Shown here one piece after another: positions 36,701 to 50,748 of a stretch of DNA of 64,000 nucleotides (the stretch's first letter is position 1; the number at the start of each line of letters is the position of its first letter). Source of the DNA: Macrostomum hystrix (Eukaryota > Animalia > Platyhelminthes); assembly GCA_950097015.1 (NCBI GenBank), contig CATNEN010000001.1, positions 6,386,001-6,450,000 of the forward strand, written 5' to 3'. Under the pieces are notes generated by a model. It saw only the letters and a list, made by a program, of their open reading frames with translations. It did no database searches and was not told the DNA's origin. The position numbers were made by a program, and so were the translations under genes.

Positions 36701-39700
36701 AGAGAATCGTTGCAAGATCCAGAGAATCGTAGCAAGATCCAGAGAATCGTTGCAGGATCCAGAGAATCGTCGCAGGATCCAGAGAATCCTCGCAAGATCC
36801 AGAGAATCGTTGCAGGATCCAGAGAATCGTAGCAAGATCCAGAGAATCGTCGCAGGATCCAGAGAATCCTCGCAAGATCCAGAGAATCGTTGCAAGATCC
36901 AGAGAATCGTAGCAAGATCCAGAGAATCGTCGCAGGATCAAGAGAATCCTCGCAAGATCCAGAGAATCCTCGCAAGATCCAGAGAATCCTCGCAAGATCC
37001 AGAGAATCCTCGCAAGATCCAGAGAATCGTAGCAAGATCCAGAGAATCGTCGCAGGATCAAGAGAATCCTCGCAAGATCCAGAGAATCCTCGCAAGATCC
37101 AGAGAATCGTCGCAGGATCCAGAGAATCGTTGCAAGATCCAGAGAATCCTCGCAAGATCAAGAGAATCGTCGCAGGATCCAGAGAATCGTCGCAAGATCA
37201 AGAGAATCGTAGCAAGATCAAGAGAATCGTCGCAGGATCCAGAGAATCCTCGCAAGATCCAGAGAATCGTTGCAAGATCCAGAGAATCGTCGCAGGATCC
37301 AGAGAATCGTTGCAAGATCCAGAGAATCGTCGCATGAACAAGAGAATCGTCGCAGGATCCAGAGAATCCTCGCAAGATCCAGAGAATCGTAGCAAGATCA
37401 AGAGAATCGTCGCAGGATCCAGAGAATCGTCGCAGGATCCAGAGAATCGTCGCATGAACAAGAGAATCGTCGCAGTATCCAGAGAATCCTCGCAAGATCC
37501 AGAGAATCCTCGCAAGATCCAGAGAATCGTAGCAAGATCCAGAGAATCGTCGCAGGATCAAGAGAATCCTCGCAAGATCCAGAGAATCCTCGCAAGATCG
37601 AGAGAATCGTAGCAAGATCCAGAGAATCGTCGCATGAACAAGAGAATCGTCGCAGGATCCAGAGAATCGTTGCAAGATCCAGAGAATCCTCGCAAGATCC
37701 AGAGAATCGTCGCAGGATCCAGAGAATCGTTGCAAGATCCAGAGAATCCTCGCAAGATCAAGAGAATCGTCGCAGGATCCAGAGAATCCTCGCAAGATCC
37801 AGAGAATCCTCGCAAGATCCAGAGAATCGTAGCAAGATCCAGAGAATCGTCGCAGGATCAAGAGAATCCTCGCAAGATCCAGAGAATCCTCGCAAGATCC
37901 AGAGAATCGTAGCAAGATCCAGAGAATCGTCGCAGGATCAAGAGAATCATCGCAGGATCCAGTGAATCGTCGCAAGATCCAGAGAATCCTCGCAAGATCC
38001 AGAGAATCGTCGCAAGATCAAGAGAATCGTTGCAGGATCCAGAGAATCCTCGCAAGATCCAGAGAATCGTCGCAGGATCCAGAGAATCGTCGCAGGATCC
38101 AGAGAATCGTCGCAAGATCCAGAGAATCCTCGCAAGATCCAGAGAATCGTCGCAAGATCCAGAGAATCGTCGCAGGATCCAGAGAATCGTTGCAAGATCC
38201 AGAGAATCGTAGCAAGATCCAGAGAATCGTTGCAGGATCCAGAGAATCGTCGCAGGATCCAGAGAATCCTCGCAAGATCCAGAGAATCGTTGCAGGATCC
38301 AGAGAATCGTAGCAAGATCCAGAGAATCGTCGCAGGATCCAGAGAATCCTCGCAAGATCCAGAGAATCGTTGCAAGATCCAGAGAATCGTAGCAAGATCC
38401 AGAGAATCGTCGCAGGATCAAGAGAATCCTCGCAAGATCCAGAGAATCCTCGCAAGATCCAGAGAATCCTCGCAAGATCCAGAGAATCCTCGCAAGATCC
38501 AGAGAATCGTAGCAAGATCCAGAGAATCGTCGCAGGATCAAGAGAATCCTCGCAAGATCCAGAGAATCCTCGCAAGATCCAGAGAATCGTCGCAGGATCC
38601 AGAGAATCGTTGCAAGATCCAGAGAATCCTCGCAAGATCAAGAGAATCGTCGCAGGATCCAGAGAATCGTCGCAAGATCAAGAGAATCGTAGCAAGATCA
38701 AGAGAATCGTCGCAGGATCCAGAGAATCCTCGCAAGATCCAGAGAATCGTTGCAAGATCCAGAGAATCGTCGCAGGATCCAGAGAATCGTTGCAAGATCC
38801 AGAGAATCGTCGCATGAACAAGAGAATCGTCGCAGGATCCAGAGAATCCTCGCAAGATCCAGAGAATCGTAGCAAGATCAAGAGAATCGTCGCAGGATCC
38901 AGAGAATCGTCGCAGGATCCAGAGAATCGTCGCATGAACAAGAGAATCGTCGCAGTATCCAGAGAATCCTCGCAAGATCCAGAGAATCCTCGCAAGATCC
39001 AGAGAATCGTAGCAAGATCCAGAGAATCGTCGCAGGATCAAGAGAATCCTCGCAAGATCCAGAGAATCCTCGCAAGATCGAGAGAATCGTAGCAAGATCC
39101 AGAGAATCGTCGCATGAACAAGAGAATCGTCGCAGGATCCAGAGAATCGTTGCAAGATCCAGAGAATCCTCGCAAGATCCAGAGAATCGTCGCAGGATCC
39201 AGAGAATCGTTGCAAGATCCAGAGAATCCTCGCAAGATCAAGAGAATCGTCGCAGGATCCAGAGAATCCTCGCAAGATCCAGAGAATCCTCGCAAGATCC
39301 AGAGAATCGTAGCAAGATCCAGAGAATCGTCGCAGGATCAAGAGAATCCTCGCAAGATCCAGAGAATCCTCGCAAGATCCAGAGAATCGTAGCAAGATCC
39401 AGAGAATCGTCGCAGGATCAAGAGAATCATCGCAGGATCCAGTGAATCGTCGCAAGATCCAGAGAATCCTCGCAAGATCCAGAGAATCGTCGCAAGATCA
39501 AGAGAATCGTTGCAGGATCCAGAGAATCCTCGCAAGATCCAGAGAATCGTCGCAGGATCCAGAGAATCGTCGCAGGATCCAGAGAATCGTCGCAAGATCC
39601 AGAGAATCCTCGCAAGATCCAGAGAATCGTCGCAAGATCCAGAGAATCGTCGCAGGATCCAGAGAATCGTCGCAGGATCCAGAGAATCGTCGCAGGATCC

Positions 39701-42700
39701 AGAGAATCGTTGCAAGATCCAGAGAATCGTCGCAGGATCCAGAGAATCCTCGCAAGATCCAGAGAATCGTTGCAAGATCCAGAGAATCGTAGCAAGATAC
39801 AGAGAATCGTAGCAAGATCCAGAGAATCGTTGCAAGATCCAGAGAATCGTAGCAAGATCCAGAGAATCGTTGCAGGATCCAGAGAATCGTCGCAGGATCC
39901 AGAGAATCCTCGCAAGATCCAGAGAATCGTTGCAAGATCCAGAGAATCGTAGCAAGATCCAGAGAATCGTCGCAGGATCAAGAGAATCGTTGCAAGATCC
40001 AGAGAATCCTCGCAAGATCCAGAGAATCCTCGCAGGATCCAGAGAATCCTCGCAAGATCCAGAGAATCCTCGCAAGATCCAGAGAATCGTAGCAAGATCC
40101 AGAGAATCGTCGCAGGATCAAGAGAATCCTCGCAAGATCCAGAGAATCGTCGCAGGATCCAGAGAATCGTCGCATGATCAAGAGAATCGTCGCAGGATCC
40201 AGAGAATCCTCGCAAGATCCAGAGAATCCTCGCAAGATCCAGAGAATCCTCGCAAGATCCAGAGAATCGTAGCAAGATCCAGAGAATCGTCGCAGGATCA
40301 AGAGAATCCTCGCAAGATCCAGAGAATCGTCGCAGGATCCAGAGAATCGTCGCATGATCAAGAGAATCGTCGCAGGATTCAGAGAATCCTCGCAAGATCC
40401 AGAGAATCCTCGCAAGATCAAGAGAATCGTCGCAGGATCCAGAGAATCCTCGCAGGATCCAGAGAATCGTCGCAAGATCAAGAGAATCGTCGCAGGATCC
40501 AGAGAATCGTCGCAGGATCCAGAGAATCGTCGCATGAACAAGAGAATCGTCGCAGGATCCAGAGAATCCTCGCAAGATCCAGAGAATCGTAGCAAGATCA
40601 AGAGAATCGTCGCAGGATCCAGAGAATCGTCGCAGGATCCAGAGAATCGTCGCATGAACAAGAGAATCGTCGCAGGATCCAGAGAATCCTCGCAAGATCC
40701 AGAGAATCCTCGCAAGATCCAGAGAATCGTAGCAAGATCCAGAGAATCGTCGCAGGATCAAGAGAATCCTCGCAAGATCCAGAGAATCCTCGCAAGATCG
40801 AGAGAATCGTAGCAAGATCCAGAGAATCGTCGCATGAACAAGAGAATCGTCGCAGGATCCAGAGAATCGTTGCAAGATCCAGAGAATCCTCGCAAGATCC
40901 AGAGAATCGTCGCAGGATCCAGAGAATCGTTGCAAGATCCAGAGAATCCTCGCAAGATCAAGAGAATCGTCGCAGGATCCAGAGAATCGTCGCAAGATCA
41001 AGAGAATCGTAGCAAGATCAAGAGAATCGTCGCAGGATCCAGAGAATCCTCGCAAGATCCAGAGAATCGTTGCAAGATCCAGAGAATCCTCGCAAGATCC
41101 AGAGAATCCTCGCAAGATCCAGAGAATCGTAGCAAGATCCAGAGAATCGTCGCAGGATCAAGAGAATCCTCGCAAGATCCAGAGAATCGTCGCAGGATCC
41201 AGAGAATCGTCGCATGATCAAGAGAATCGTCGCAGGATCCAGAGAATCCTCGCAAGATCCAGAGAATCCTCGCAAGATCAAGAGAATCGTCGCAGGATCC
41301 AGAGAATCCTCGCAGGATCCAGAGAATCGTCGCAAGATCAAGAGAATCGTCGCAGGATCCAGAGAATCGTCGCAGGATCCAGAGAATCGTCGCATGAACA
41401 AGAGAATCGTCGCAGGATCCAGAGAATCCTCGCAAGATCCAGAGAATCGTAGCAAGATCAAGAGAATCGTCGCAGGATCCAGAGAATCGTCGCAGGATCC
41501 AGAGAATCGTCGCATGAACAAGAGAATCGTCGCAGTATCCAGAGAATCCTCGCAAGATCCAGAGAATCCTCGCAAGATCCAGAGAATCGTAGCAAGATCC
41601 AGAGAATCGTCGCAGGATCAAGAGAATCCTCGCAAGATCCAGAGAATCCTCGCAAGATCGAGAGAATCGTAGCAAGATCCAGAGAATCGTCGCATGAACA
41701 AGAGAATCGTCGCAGGATCCAGAGAATCGTTGCAAGATCCAGAGAATCCTCGCAAGATCCAGAGAATCGTCGCAGGATCCAGAGAATCGTTGCAAGATCC
41801 AGAGAATCCTCGCAAGATCAAGAGAATCGTCGCAGGATCCAGAGAATCCTCGCAAGATCCAGAGAATCCTCGCAAGATCCAGAGAATCGTAGCAAGATCC
41901 AGAGAATCGTCGCAGGATCAAGAGAATCCTCGCAAGATCCAGAGAATCCTCGCAAGATCCAGAGAATCGTAGCAAGATCCAGAGAATCGTCGCAGGATCA
42001 AGAGAATCGTCGCAGGATCCAGTGAATCGTCGCAAGATCCAGAGAATCCTCGCAAGATCCAGAGAATCGTCGCAAGATCAAGAGAATCGTTGCAGGATCC
42101 AGAGAATCCTCGCAAGATCCAGAGAATCGTCGCAGGATCCAGAGAATCGTCGCAGGATCCAGAGAATCGTCGCAAGATCCAGAGAATCCTCGCAAGATCC
42201 AGAGAATCGTCGCAAGATCCAGAGAATCGTCGCAGGATCCAGAGAATCGTCGCAGGATCCAGAGAATCGTCGCAGGATCCAGAGAATCGTTGCAAGATCC
42301 AGAGAATCGTCGCAGGATCCAGAGAATCCTCGCAAGATCCAGAGAATCGTTGCAAGATCCAGAGAATCGTAGCAAGATACAGAGAATCGTAGCAAGATCC
42401 AGAGAATCGTTGCAAGATCCAGAGAATCGTAGCAAGATCCAGAGAATCGTTGCAGGATCCAGAGAATCGTCGCAGGATCCAGAGAATCCTCGCAAGATCC
42501 AGAGAATCGTTGCAAGATCCAGAGAATCGTAGCAAGATCCAGAGAATCGTCGCAGGATCAAGAGAATCGTTGCAAGATCCAGAGAATCCTCGCAAGATCC
42601 AGAGAATCCTCGCAGGATCCAGAGAATCCTCGCAAGATCCAGAGAATCCTCGCAAGATCCAGAGAATCGTAGCAAGATCCAGAGAATCGTCGCAGGATCA

Positions 42701-45700
42701 AGAGAATCCTCGCAAGATCCAGAGAATCGTCGCAGGATCCAGAGAATCGTCGCATGATCAAGAGAATCGTCGCAGGATCCAGAGAATCCTCGCAAGATCC
42801 AGAGAATCCTCGCAAGATCCAGAGAATCCTCGCAAGATCCAGAGAATCGTAGCAAGATCCAGAGAATCGTCGCAGGATCAAGAGAATCCTCGCAAGATCC
42901 AGAGAATCGTCGCAGGATCCAGAGAATCGTCGCATGATCAAGAGAATCGTCGCAGGATTCAGAGAATCCTCGCAAGATCCAGAGAATCCTCGCAAGATCA
43001 AGAGAATCGTCGCAGGATCCAGAGAATCCTCGCAGGATCCAGAGAATCGTCGCAAGATCAAGAGAATCGTCGCAGGATCCAGAGAATCGTCGCAGGATCC
43101 AGAGAATCGTCGCATGAACAAGAGAATCGTCGCAGGATCCAGAGAATCCTCGCAAGATCCAGAGAATCGTAGCAAGATCAAGAGAATCGTCGCAGGATCC
43201 AGAGAATCGTCGCAGGATCCAGAGAATCGTCGCATGAACAAGAGAATCGTCGCAGGATCCAGAGAATCCTCGCAAGATCCAGAGAATCCTCGCAAGATCC
43301 AGAGAATCGTAGCAAGATCCAGAGAATCGTCGCAGGATCAAGAGAATCCTCGCAAGATCCAGAGAATCCTCGCAAGATCGAGAGAATCGTAGCAAGATCC
43401 AGAGAATCGTCGCATGAACAAGAGAATCGTCGCAGGATCCAGAGAATCGTTGCAAGATCCAGAGAATCCTCGCAAGATCAAGAGAATCGTCGCAGGATCC
43501 AGAGAATCGTCGCAAGATCAAGAGAATCGTAGCAAGATCAAGAGAATCGTCGCAGGATCCAGAGAATCCTCGCAAGATCCAGAGAATCGTTGCAAGATCC
43601 AGAGAATCGTAGCAAGATCCAGAGAATCGTAGCAAGATCCAGAGAATCGTTGCAAGATCCAGAGAATCGTAGCAAGATCCAGAGAATCGTTGCAGGATCC
43701 AGAGAATCGTCGCAGGATCCAGAGAATCCTCGCAAGATCCAGAGAATCGTTGCAGGATCCAGAGAATCGTAGCAAGATCCAGAGAATCGTCGCAGGATCC
43801 AGAGAATCCTCGCAAGATCCAGAGAATCGTTGCAAGATCCAGAGAATCGTAGCAAGATCCAGAGAATCGTCGCAGGATCAAGAGAATCCTCGCAAGATCC
43901 AGAGAATCCTCGCAAGATCCAGAGAATCCTCGCAAGATCCAGAGAATCCTCGCAAGATCCAGAGAATCGTAGCAAGATCCAGAGAATCGTCGCAGGATCA
44001 AGAGAATCCTCGGAAGATCCAGAGAATCGTCGCAGGATCCAGAGAATCGTCGCATGATCAAGAGAATCGTCGCAGGATCCAGAGAATCCTCGCAAGATCC
44101 AGAGAATCCTCGCAAGATCCAGAGAATCCTCGCAAGATCCAGAGAATCGTAGCAAGATCCAGAGAATCGTCGCAGGATCAAGAGAATCCTCGCAAGATCC
44201 AGAGAATCGTCGCAGGATCCAGAGAATCGTCGCATGATCAAGAGAATCGTCGCAGGATTCAGAGAATCCTCGCAAGATCCAGAGAATCCTCGCAAGATCA
44301 AGAGAATCGTCGCAGGATCCAGAGAATCCTCGCAGGATCCAGAGAATCGTCGCAAGATCAAGAGAATCGTCGCAGGATCCAGAGAATCGTCGCAGGATCC
44401 AGAGAATCGTCGCATGAACAAGAGAATCGTCGCAGGATCCAGAGAATCCTCGCAAGATCCAGAGAATCGTAGCAAGATCAAGAGAATCGTCGAAGGATCC
44501 AGAGAATCGTCGCAGGATCCAGAGAATCGTCGCATGAACAAGAGAATCGTCGCAGGATCCAGAGAATCCTCGCAAGATCCAGAGAATCCTCGCAAGATCC
44601 AGAGAATCGTAGCAAGATCCAGAGAATCGTCGCAGGATCAAGAGAATCCTCGCAAGATCCAGAGAATCCTCGCAAGATCGAGAGAATCGTAGCAAGATCC
44701 AGAGAATCGTCGCATGAACAAGAGAATCGTCGCAGGATCCAGAGAATCGTTGCAAGATCCAGAGAATCCTCGCAAGATCCAGAGAATCGTCGCAGGATCC
44801 AGAGAATCGTTGCAAGATCCAGAGAATCCTCGCAAGATCAAGAGAATCGTCGCAGGATCCAGAGAATCGTCGCAAGATCAAGAGAATCGTAGCAAGATCA
44901 AGAGAATCGTCGCAGGATCCAGAGAATCCTCGCAAGATCCAGAGAATCGTTGCAAGATCCAGAGAATCGTAGCAAGATCCAGAGAATCGTAGCAAGATCC
45001 AGAGAATCGTTGCAAGATCCAGAGAATCGTAGCAAGATCCAGAGAATCGTTGCAGGATCCAGAGAATCGTCGCAGGATCCAGAGAATCCTCGCAAGATCC
45101 AGAGAATCGTTGCAGGATCCAGAGAATCGTAGCAAGATCCAGAGAATCGTCGCAGGATCCAGAGAATCCTCGCAAGATCCAGAGAATCGTTGCAAGATCC
45201 AGAGAATCGTAGCAAGATCCAGAGAATCGTCGCAGGATCAAGAGAATCCTCGCAAGATCCAGAGAATCCTCGCAAGATCCAGAGAATCCTCGCAAGATCC
45301 AGAGAATCCTCGCAAGATCCAGAGAATCGTAGCAAGATCCAGAGAATCGTCGCAGGATCAAGAGAATCCTCGCAAGATCCAGAGAATCGTCGCAGGATCC
45401 AGAGAATCCTCGCAAGATCAAGAGAATCGTCGCAGGATCCAGAGAATCCTCGCAAGATCCAGAGAATCCTCGCAAGATCCAGAGAATCCTCGCAAGATCC
45501 AGAGAATCGTAGCAAGATCCAGAGAATCGTCGCAGGATCAAGAGAATCCTCGCAAGATCCAGAGAATCGTCGCAGGATCCAGAGAATCGTCGCATGATCA
45601 AGAGAATCGTCGCAGGATCCAGAGAATCCTCGCAAGATCCAGAGAATCCTCGCAAGATCAAGAGAATCGTCGCAGGATCCAGAGAATCCTCGCAGGATCC

Positions 45701-48700
45701 AGAGAATCGTCGCAAGATCAAGAGAATCGTCGCAGGATCCAGAGAATCGTCGCAGGATCCAGAGAATCGTCGCATGAACAAGAGAATCGTCGCAGGATCC
45801 AGAGAATCCTCGCAAGATCCAGAGAATCGTAGCAAGATCAAGAGAATCGTCGCAGGATCCAGAGAATCGTCGCAGGATCCAGAGAATCGTCGCATGAACA
45901 AGAGAATCGTCGCAGGATCCAGAGAATCCTCGCAAGATCCAGAGAATCCTCGCAAGATCCAGAGAATCCTCGCAAGATCCAGAGAATCGTAGCAAGATCC
46001 AGAGAATCGTCGCAGGATCAAGAGAATCCTCGCAAGATCCAGAGAATCCTCGCAAGATCCAGAGAATCCTCGCAAGATCCAGAGAATCGTAGCAAGATCC
46101 AGAGAATCGTCGCATGAACAAGAGAATCGTCGCAGGATCCAGAGAATCGTTGCAAGATCCAGAGAATCCTCGCAAGATCCAGAGAATCGTCGCAGGATCC
46201 AGAGAATCGTTGCAAGATCCAGAGAATCCTCGCAAGATCAAGAGAATCGTCGCAGGATCCAGAGAATCGTCGCAAGATCAAGAGAATCGTAGCAAGATCC
46301 AGAGAATCGTAGCAAGATCCAGAGAATCGTAGCAAGATCCAGAGAATCGTTGCAAGATCCAGAGAATCCTCGCAAGATCCAGAGAATCCTCGCAGGATCC
46401 AGAGAATCCTCGCAAGATCCAGAGAATCCTCGCAAGATCCAGAGAATCGTAGCAAGATCCAGAGAATCGTCGCAGGATCAAGAGAATCCTCGCAAGATCC
46501 AGAGAATCGTCGCAGGATCCAGAGAATCGTCGCATGATCAAGAGAATCGTCGCAGGATCCAGAGAATCCTCGCAAGATCCAGAGAATCCTCGCAAGATCC
46601 AGAGAATCCTCGCAAGATCCAGAGAATCGTCGCAGGATCCAGAGAATCGTCGCATGAACAAGAGAATCGTCGCAGGATCCAGAGAATCCTCGCAAGATCC
46701 AGAGAATCGTAGCAAGATCAAGAGAATCGTCGCAGGATCCAGAGAATCGTCGCAGGATCCAGAGAATCGTCGCATGAACAAGAGAATCGTCGCAGGATCC
46801 AGAGAATCCTCGCAAGATCCAGAGAATCCTCGCAAGATCCAGAGAATCCTCGCAAGATCCAGAGAATCGTAGCAAGATCCAGAGAATCGTCGCAGGATCA
46901 AGAGAATCCTCGCAAGATCCAGAGAATCCTCGCAAGATCCAGAGAATCCTCGCAAGATCCAGAGAATCGTAGCAAGATCCAGAGAATCGTCGCATGAACA
47001 AGAGAATCGTCGCAGGATCCAGAGAATCGTTGCAAGATCCAGAGAATCCTCGCAAGATCCAGAGAATCGTCGCAGGATCCAGAGAATCGTTGCAAGATCC
47101 AGAGAATCCTCGCAAGATCAAGAGAATCGTCGCAGGATCCAGAGAATCGTCGCAAGATCAAGAGAATCGTAGCAAGATCCAGAGAATCGTAGCAAGATCC
47201 AGAGAATCGTAGCAAGATCCAGAGAATCGTTGCAAGATCCAGAGAATCCTCGCAAGATCCAGAGAATCCTCGCAGGATCCAGAGAATCCTCGCAAGATCC
47301 AGAGAATCCTCGCAAGATCCAGAGAATCGTAGCAAGATCCAGAGAATCGTCGCAGGATCAAGAGAATCCTCGCAAGATCCAGAGAATCGTCGCAGGATCC
47401 AGAGAATCGTCGCATGATCAAGAGAATCGTCGCAGGATCCAGAGAATCCTCGCAAGATCCAGAGAATCCTCGCAAGATCCAGAGAATCCTCGCAAGATCC
47501 AGAGAATCGTAGCAAGATCCAGAGAATCGTCGCAGGATCAAGAGAATCCTCGCAAGATCCAGAGAATCGTCGCAGGATCCAGAGAATCGTCGCATGATCA
47601 AGAGAATCGTCGCAGGATTCAGAGAATCCTCGCAAGATCCAGAGAATCCTCGCAAGATCAAGAGAATCGTCGCAGGATCCAGAGAATCGTCGCAAGATCA
47701 AGAGAATCGTCGCAGGATCCAGAGAATCGTCGCAGGATCCAGAGAATCGTCGCATGAACAAGAGAATCGTCGCAGGATCCAGAGAATCCTCGCAAGATCC
47801 AGAGAATCCTCGCAAGATCCAGAGAATCCTCGCAGGATCCAGAGAATCGTCGCAGGATCCAGAGAATCGTCGCATGAACAAGAGAATCGTCGCAGGATCC
47901 AGAGAATCCTCGCAAGATCCAGAGAATCCTCGCAAGATCCAGAGAATCGTAGCAAGATCCAGAGAATCGTCGCAGGATCAAGAGAATCCTCGCAAGATCC
48001 AGAGAATCCTCGCAGGATCCAGAGAATCGTTGCAAGATCCAGAGAATCCTCGCAAGATCCAGAGAATCGTCGCAGGATCCAGAGAATCGTTGCAAGATCC
48101 AGAGAATCCTCGCAAGATCAAGAGAATCGTCGCAGGATCCAGAGAATCGTCGCAAGATCAAGAGAATCGTAGCAAGATGCAGAGAATCGTAGCAAGATCC
48201 AGAGAATCGTCGCAAGATCAAGAGAATCGTAGCAAGATCAAGAGAATCGTCGCAGGATCCAGAGAATCCTCGCAAGATCCAGAGAATCGTTGCAAGATCC
48301 AGAGAATCGTAGCAAGATCCAGAGAATCGTAGCAAGATCCAGAGAATCGTTGCAAGATCCAGAGAATCCTCGCAAGATCCAGAGAATCGTTGCAGGATCC
48401 AGAGAATCGTAGCAAGATCCAGAGAATCGTCGCAGGATCCAGAGAATCCTCGCAAGATCCAGAGAATCGTTGCAAGATCCAGAGAATCGTCGCAAGATCC
48501 AGAGAATCGTCGCAGGATCAAGAGAATCCTCGCAAGATCCAGAGAATCCTCGCAAGATCCAGAGAATCCTCGCAAGATCCAGAGAATCCTCGCAAGATCC
48601 AGAGAATCGTAGCAAGATCCAGAGAATCGTCGCAGGATCAAGAGAATCCTCGCAAGATCCAGAGAATCGTCGCAGGATCCAGAGAATCCTCGCAAGATCA

Positions 48701-49735
48701 AGAGAATCGTCGCAGGATCCAGAGAATCCTCGCAAGATCCAGAGAATCCTCGCAAGATCCAGAGAATCCTCGCAAGATCCAGAGAATCGTAGCAAGATCC
48801 AGAGAATCGTCGCAGGATCAAGAGAATCCTCGCAAGATCCAGAGAATCGTCGCAGGATCCAGAGAATCGTCGCATGATCAAGAGAATCGTCGCAGGATCC
48901 AGAGAATCCTCGCAAGATCCAGAGAATCCTCGCAAGATCAAGAGAATCGTCGCAGGATCCAGAGAATCCTCGCAGGATCCAGAGAATCGTCGCAAGATCA
49001 AGAGAATCGTCGCAGGATCCAGAGAATCGTCGCAGGATCCAGAGAATCGTCGCATGAACAAGAGAATCGTCGCAGGATCCAGAGAATCCTCGCAAGATCC
49101 AGAGAATCGTAGCAAGATCAAGAGAATCGTCGCAGGATCCAGAGAATCGTCGCAGGATCCAGAGAATCGTCGCATGAACAAGAGAATCGTCGCAGGATCC
49201 AGAGAATCCTCGCAAGATCCAGAGAATCCTCGCAAGATCCAGAGAATCCTCGCAAGATCCAGAGAATCGTAGCAAGATCCAGAGAATCGTCGCAGGATCA
49301 AGAGAATCCTCGCAAGATCCAGAGAATTCTCGCAAGATCCAGAGAATCCTCGCAAGATCCAGAGAATCGTCGCAGGATCCAGAGAATCGTCGCATGAACA
49401 AGAGAATCGTCGCAGGATCCAGAGAATCGTTGCAAGATCCAGAGAATCCTCGCAAGATCCAGAGAATCGTCGCAGGATCCAGAGAATCGTTGCAAGATCC
49501 AGAGAATCCTCGCAAGATCAAGAGAATCGTCGCAGGATCCAGAGAATCGTCGCAAGATCAAGAGAATCGTAGCAAGATGCAGAGAATCGTAGCAAGATCC
49601 AGAGAATCGTAGCAAGATCCAGAGAATCGTAGCAAGATCAAGAGAATCGTCGCAGGATCAAGAGAATCGTAGCAAGATCCAGAGAATCGTAGCAAGATCA
49701 AGAGAATCGTTGCAAGATCCAGAGAATCGTCGCTG
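33721..49735. repeat. 16-kb satellite/minisatellite array, 20-bp unit AGAGAATC(G/C)T(C/T/A)GCA(A/G)GATC(C/A), about 800 units
   Basis: The 20-bp register is maintained throughout. Substitutions are confined to a few positions, and kb-scale blocks of variants are duplicated. Confidence 0.99.
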
Positions 49736-50359
49736 GAATCGTGTATAACTCCATAAATTTTTGTTTGAATTCATTGGATGGGTCTGCCAAGCCACCATTG
49801 CCCAAATTATTTAGCCTTTTCTGCTGCTTAAAGCTTCACCTCCTAGGTAAAAGAATAAGATTGAACAGTGCACTTGGAATGTGCAAAACTGGTTTTGCTT
49901 TTTGAAATAGCAGGTAAATTGAAATGCGCTCTCCCTGCTACCTTTGGCAAACTCACAATTATGTGACTCAGAGTGCGCGAGATGAATTGTTATAAGGCCT
50001 TTGTGCAAGAACTTTCATGTGTATTAGTTTGCAATTCTATTCTACATTTTCGTCTTGACAGAGCTTGAGCTCACTGATCATTTTTATAAAGCACTAGCCC
50101 AATGAATGCCTATGGGTATATGTATATATAATTCTCTCGTGTATGCGAGAGGACCTGAAAATAATTAAATTTTTTGCGCTTTTTGCAAGAACGACGAAAA
50201 CATTTCACGCGTCTGAACTACAGTCTAAAGGTAAGCTATAACGTATTGAGTATATTACTTTTTTTTAAGTTTAATACGGTTGTTTCGTTCAAGCGTCAAG
50301 CTAGTTTACTGATCAGAAATACCTATTCACCTAATCAATCAATCTACAAATACACATCA

Positions 50360-50655
50360 CCTCTCGTAACAAGGTCCCTGAGCTCACATTCAATTTGGAT
50401 GTAGCCGCAGAGAGAAGGCTTGGGGGCTTGTCGTGAAATTTACCCCCTTTAAGAGCAAGCCTCCAAAACACAGGGAGAGTGTACACTGGCTGACTATGAG
50501 AAAGTCAGGGCAGATTTATACCTGTGTGACTGTGTGCTCAGGAGTTCGTGAAATGGGCAGAATTGCCTCCAAGCTGGCTGCAGGTGTATGTCACCAACTC
50601 TTGTGCCATTGCCCGCAGTCCTTCTGCAATTATTATTATTATTATTGTTATTACT
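50360..50655 (+). mobile_element. SINE family A copy with (ATT)n tail, just upstream of the LRR gene
   Basis: gccgcagagagaaggcttgggggcttgtc...gagagtgtacactggctgactatgagaaagtcagggcag...gtgtgctcaggag...tgccattgcccgcag...ttattattattattatt. Confidence 0.75.
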
Positions 50656-50748
50656 GCAGTACAAGGTGTACTAAAAATGAACACTTTTTATTTCAGGATT
50701 TCAGTGTTTCATTCCCGATAATCAAACTTGAAGGTAGCTGCTCTCACA

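Noticed and set aside
33687-49615. Dozens of overlapping ORFs up to 865 aa (RRKIQRIVAGSRESSQDPEN / RFSGSCDDSLDLATILWIL)
   Set aside because: These are translations of a 20-bp repeat. All frames give the same 20-aa cycle, stops fall wherever particular variants occur, and there is no unique coding flank or splice context.
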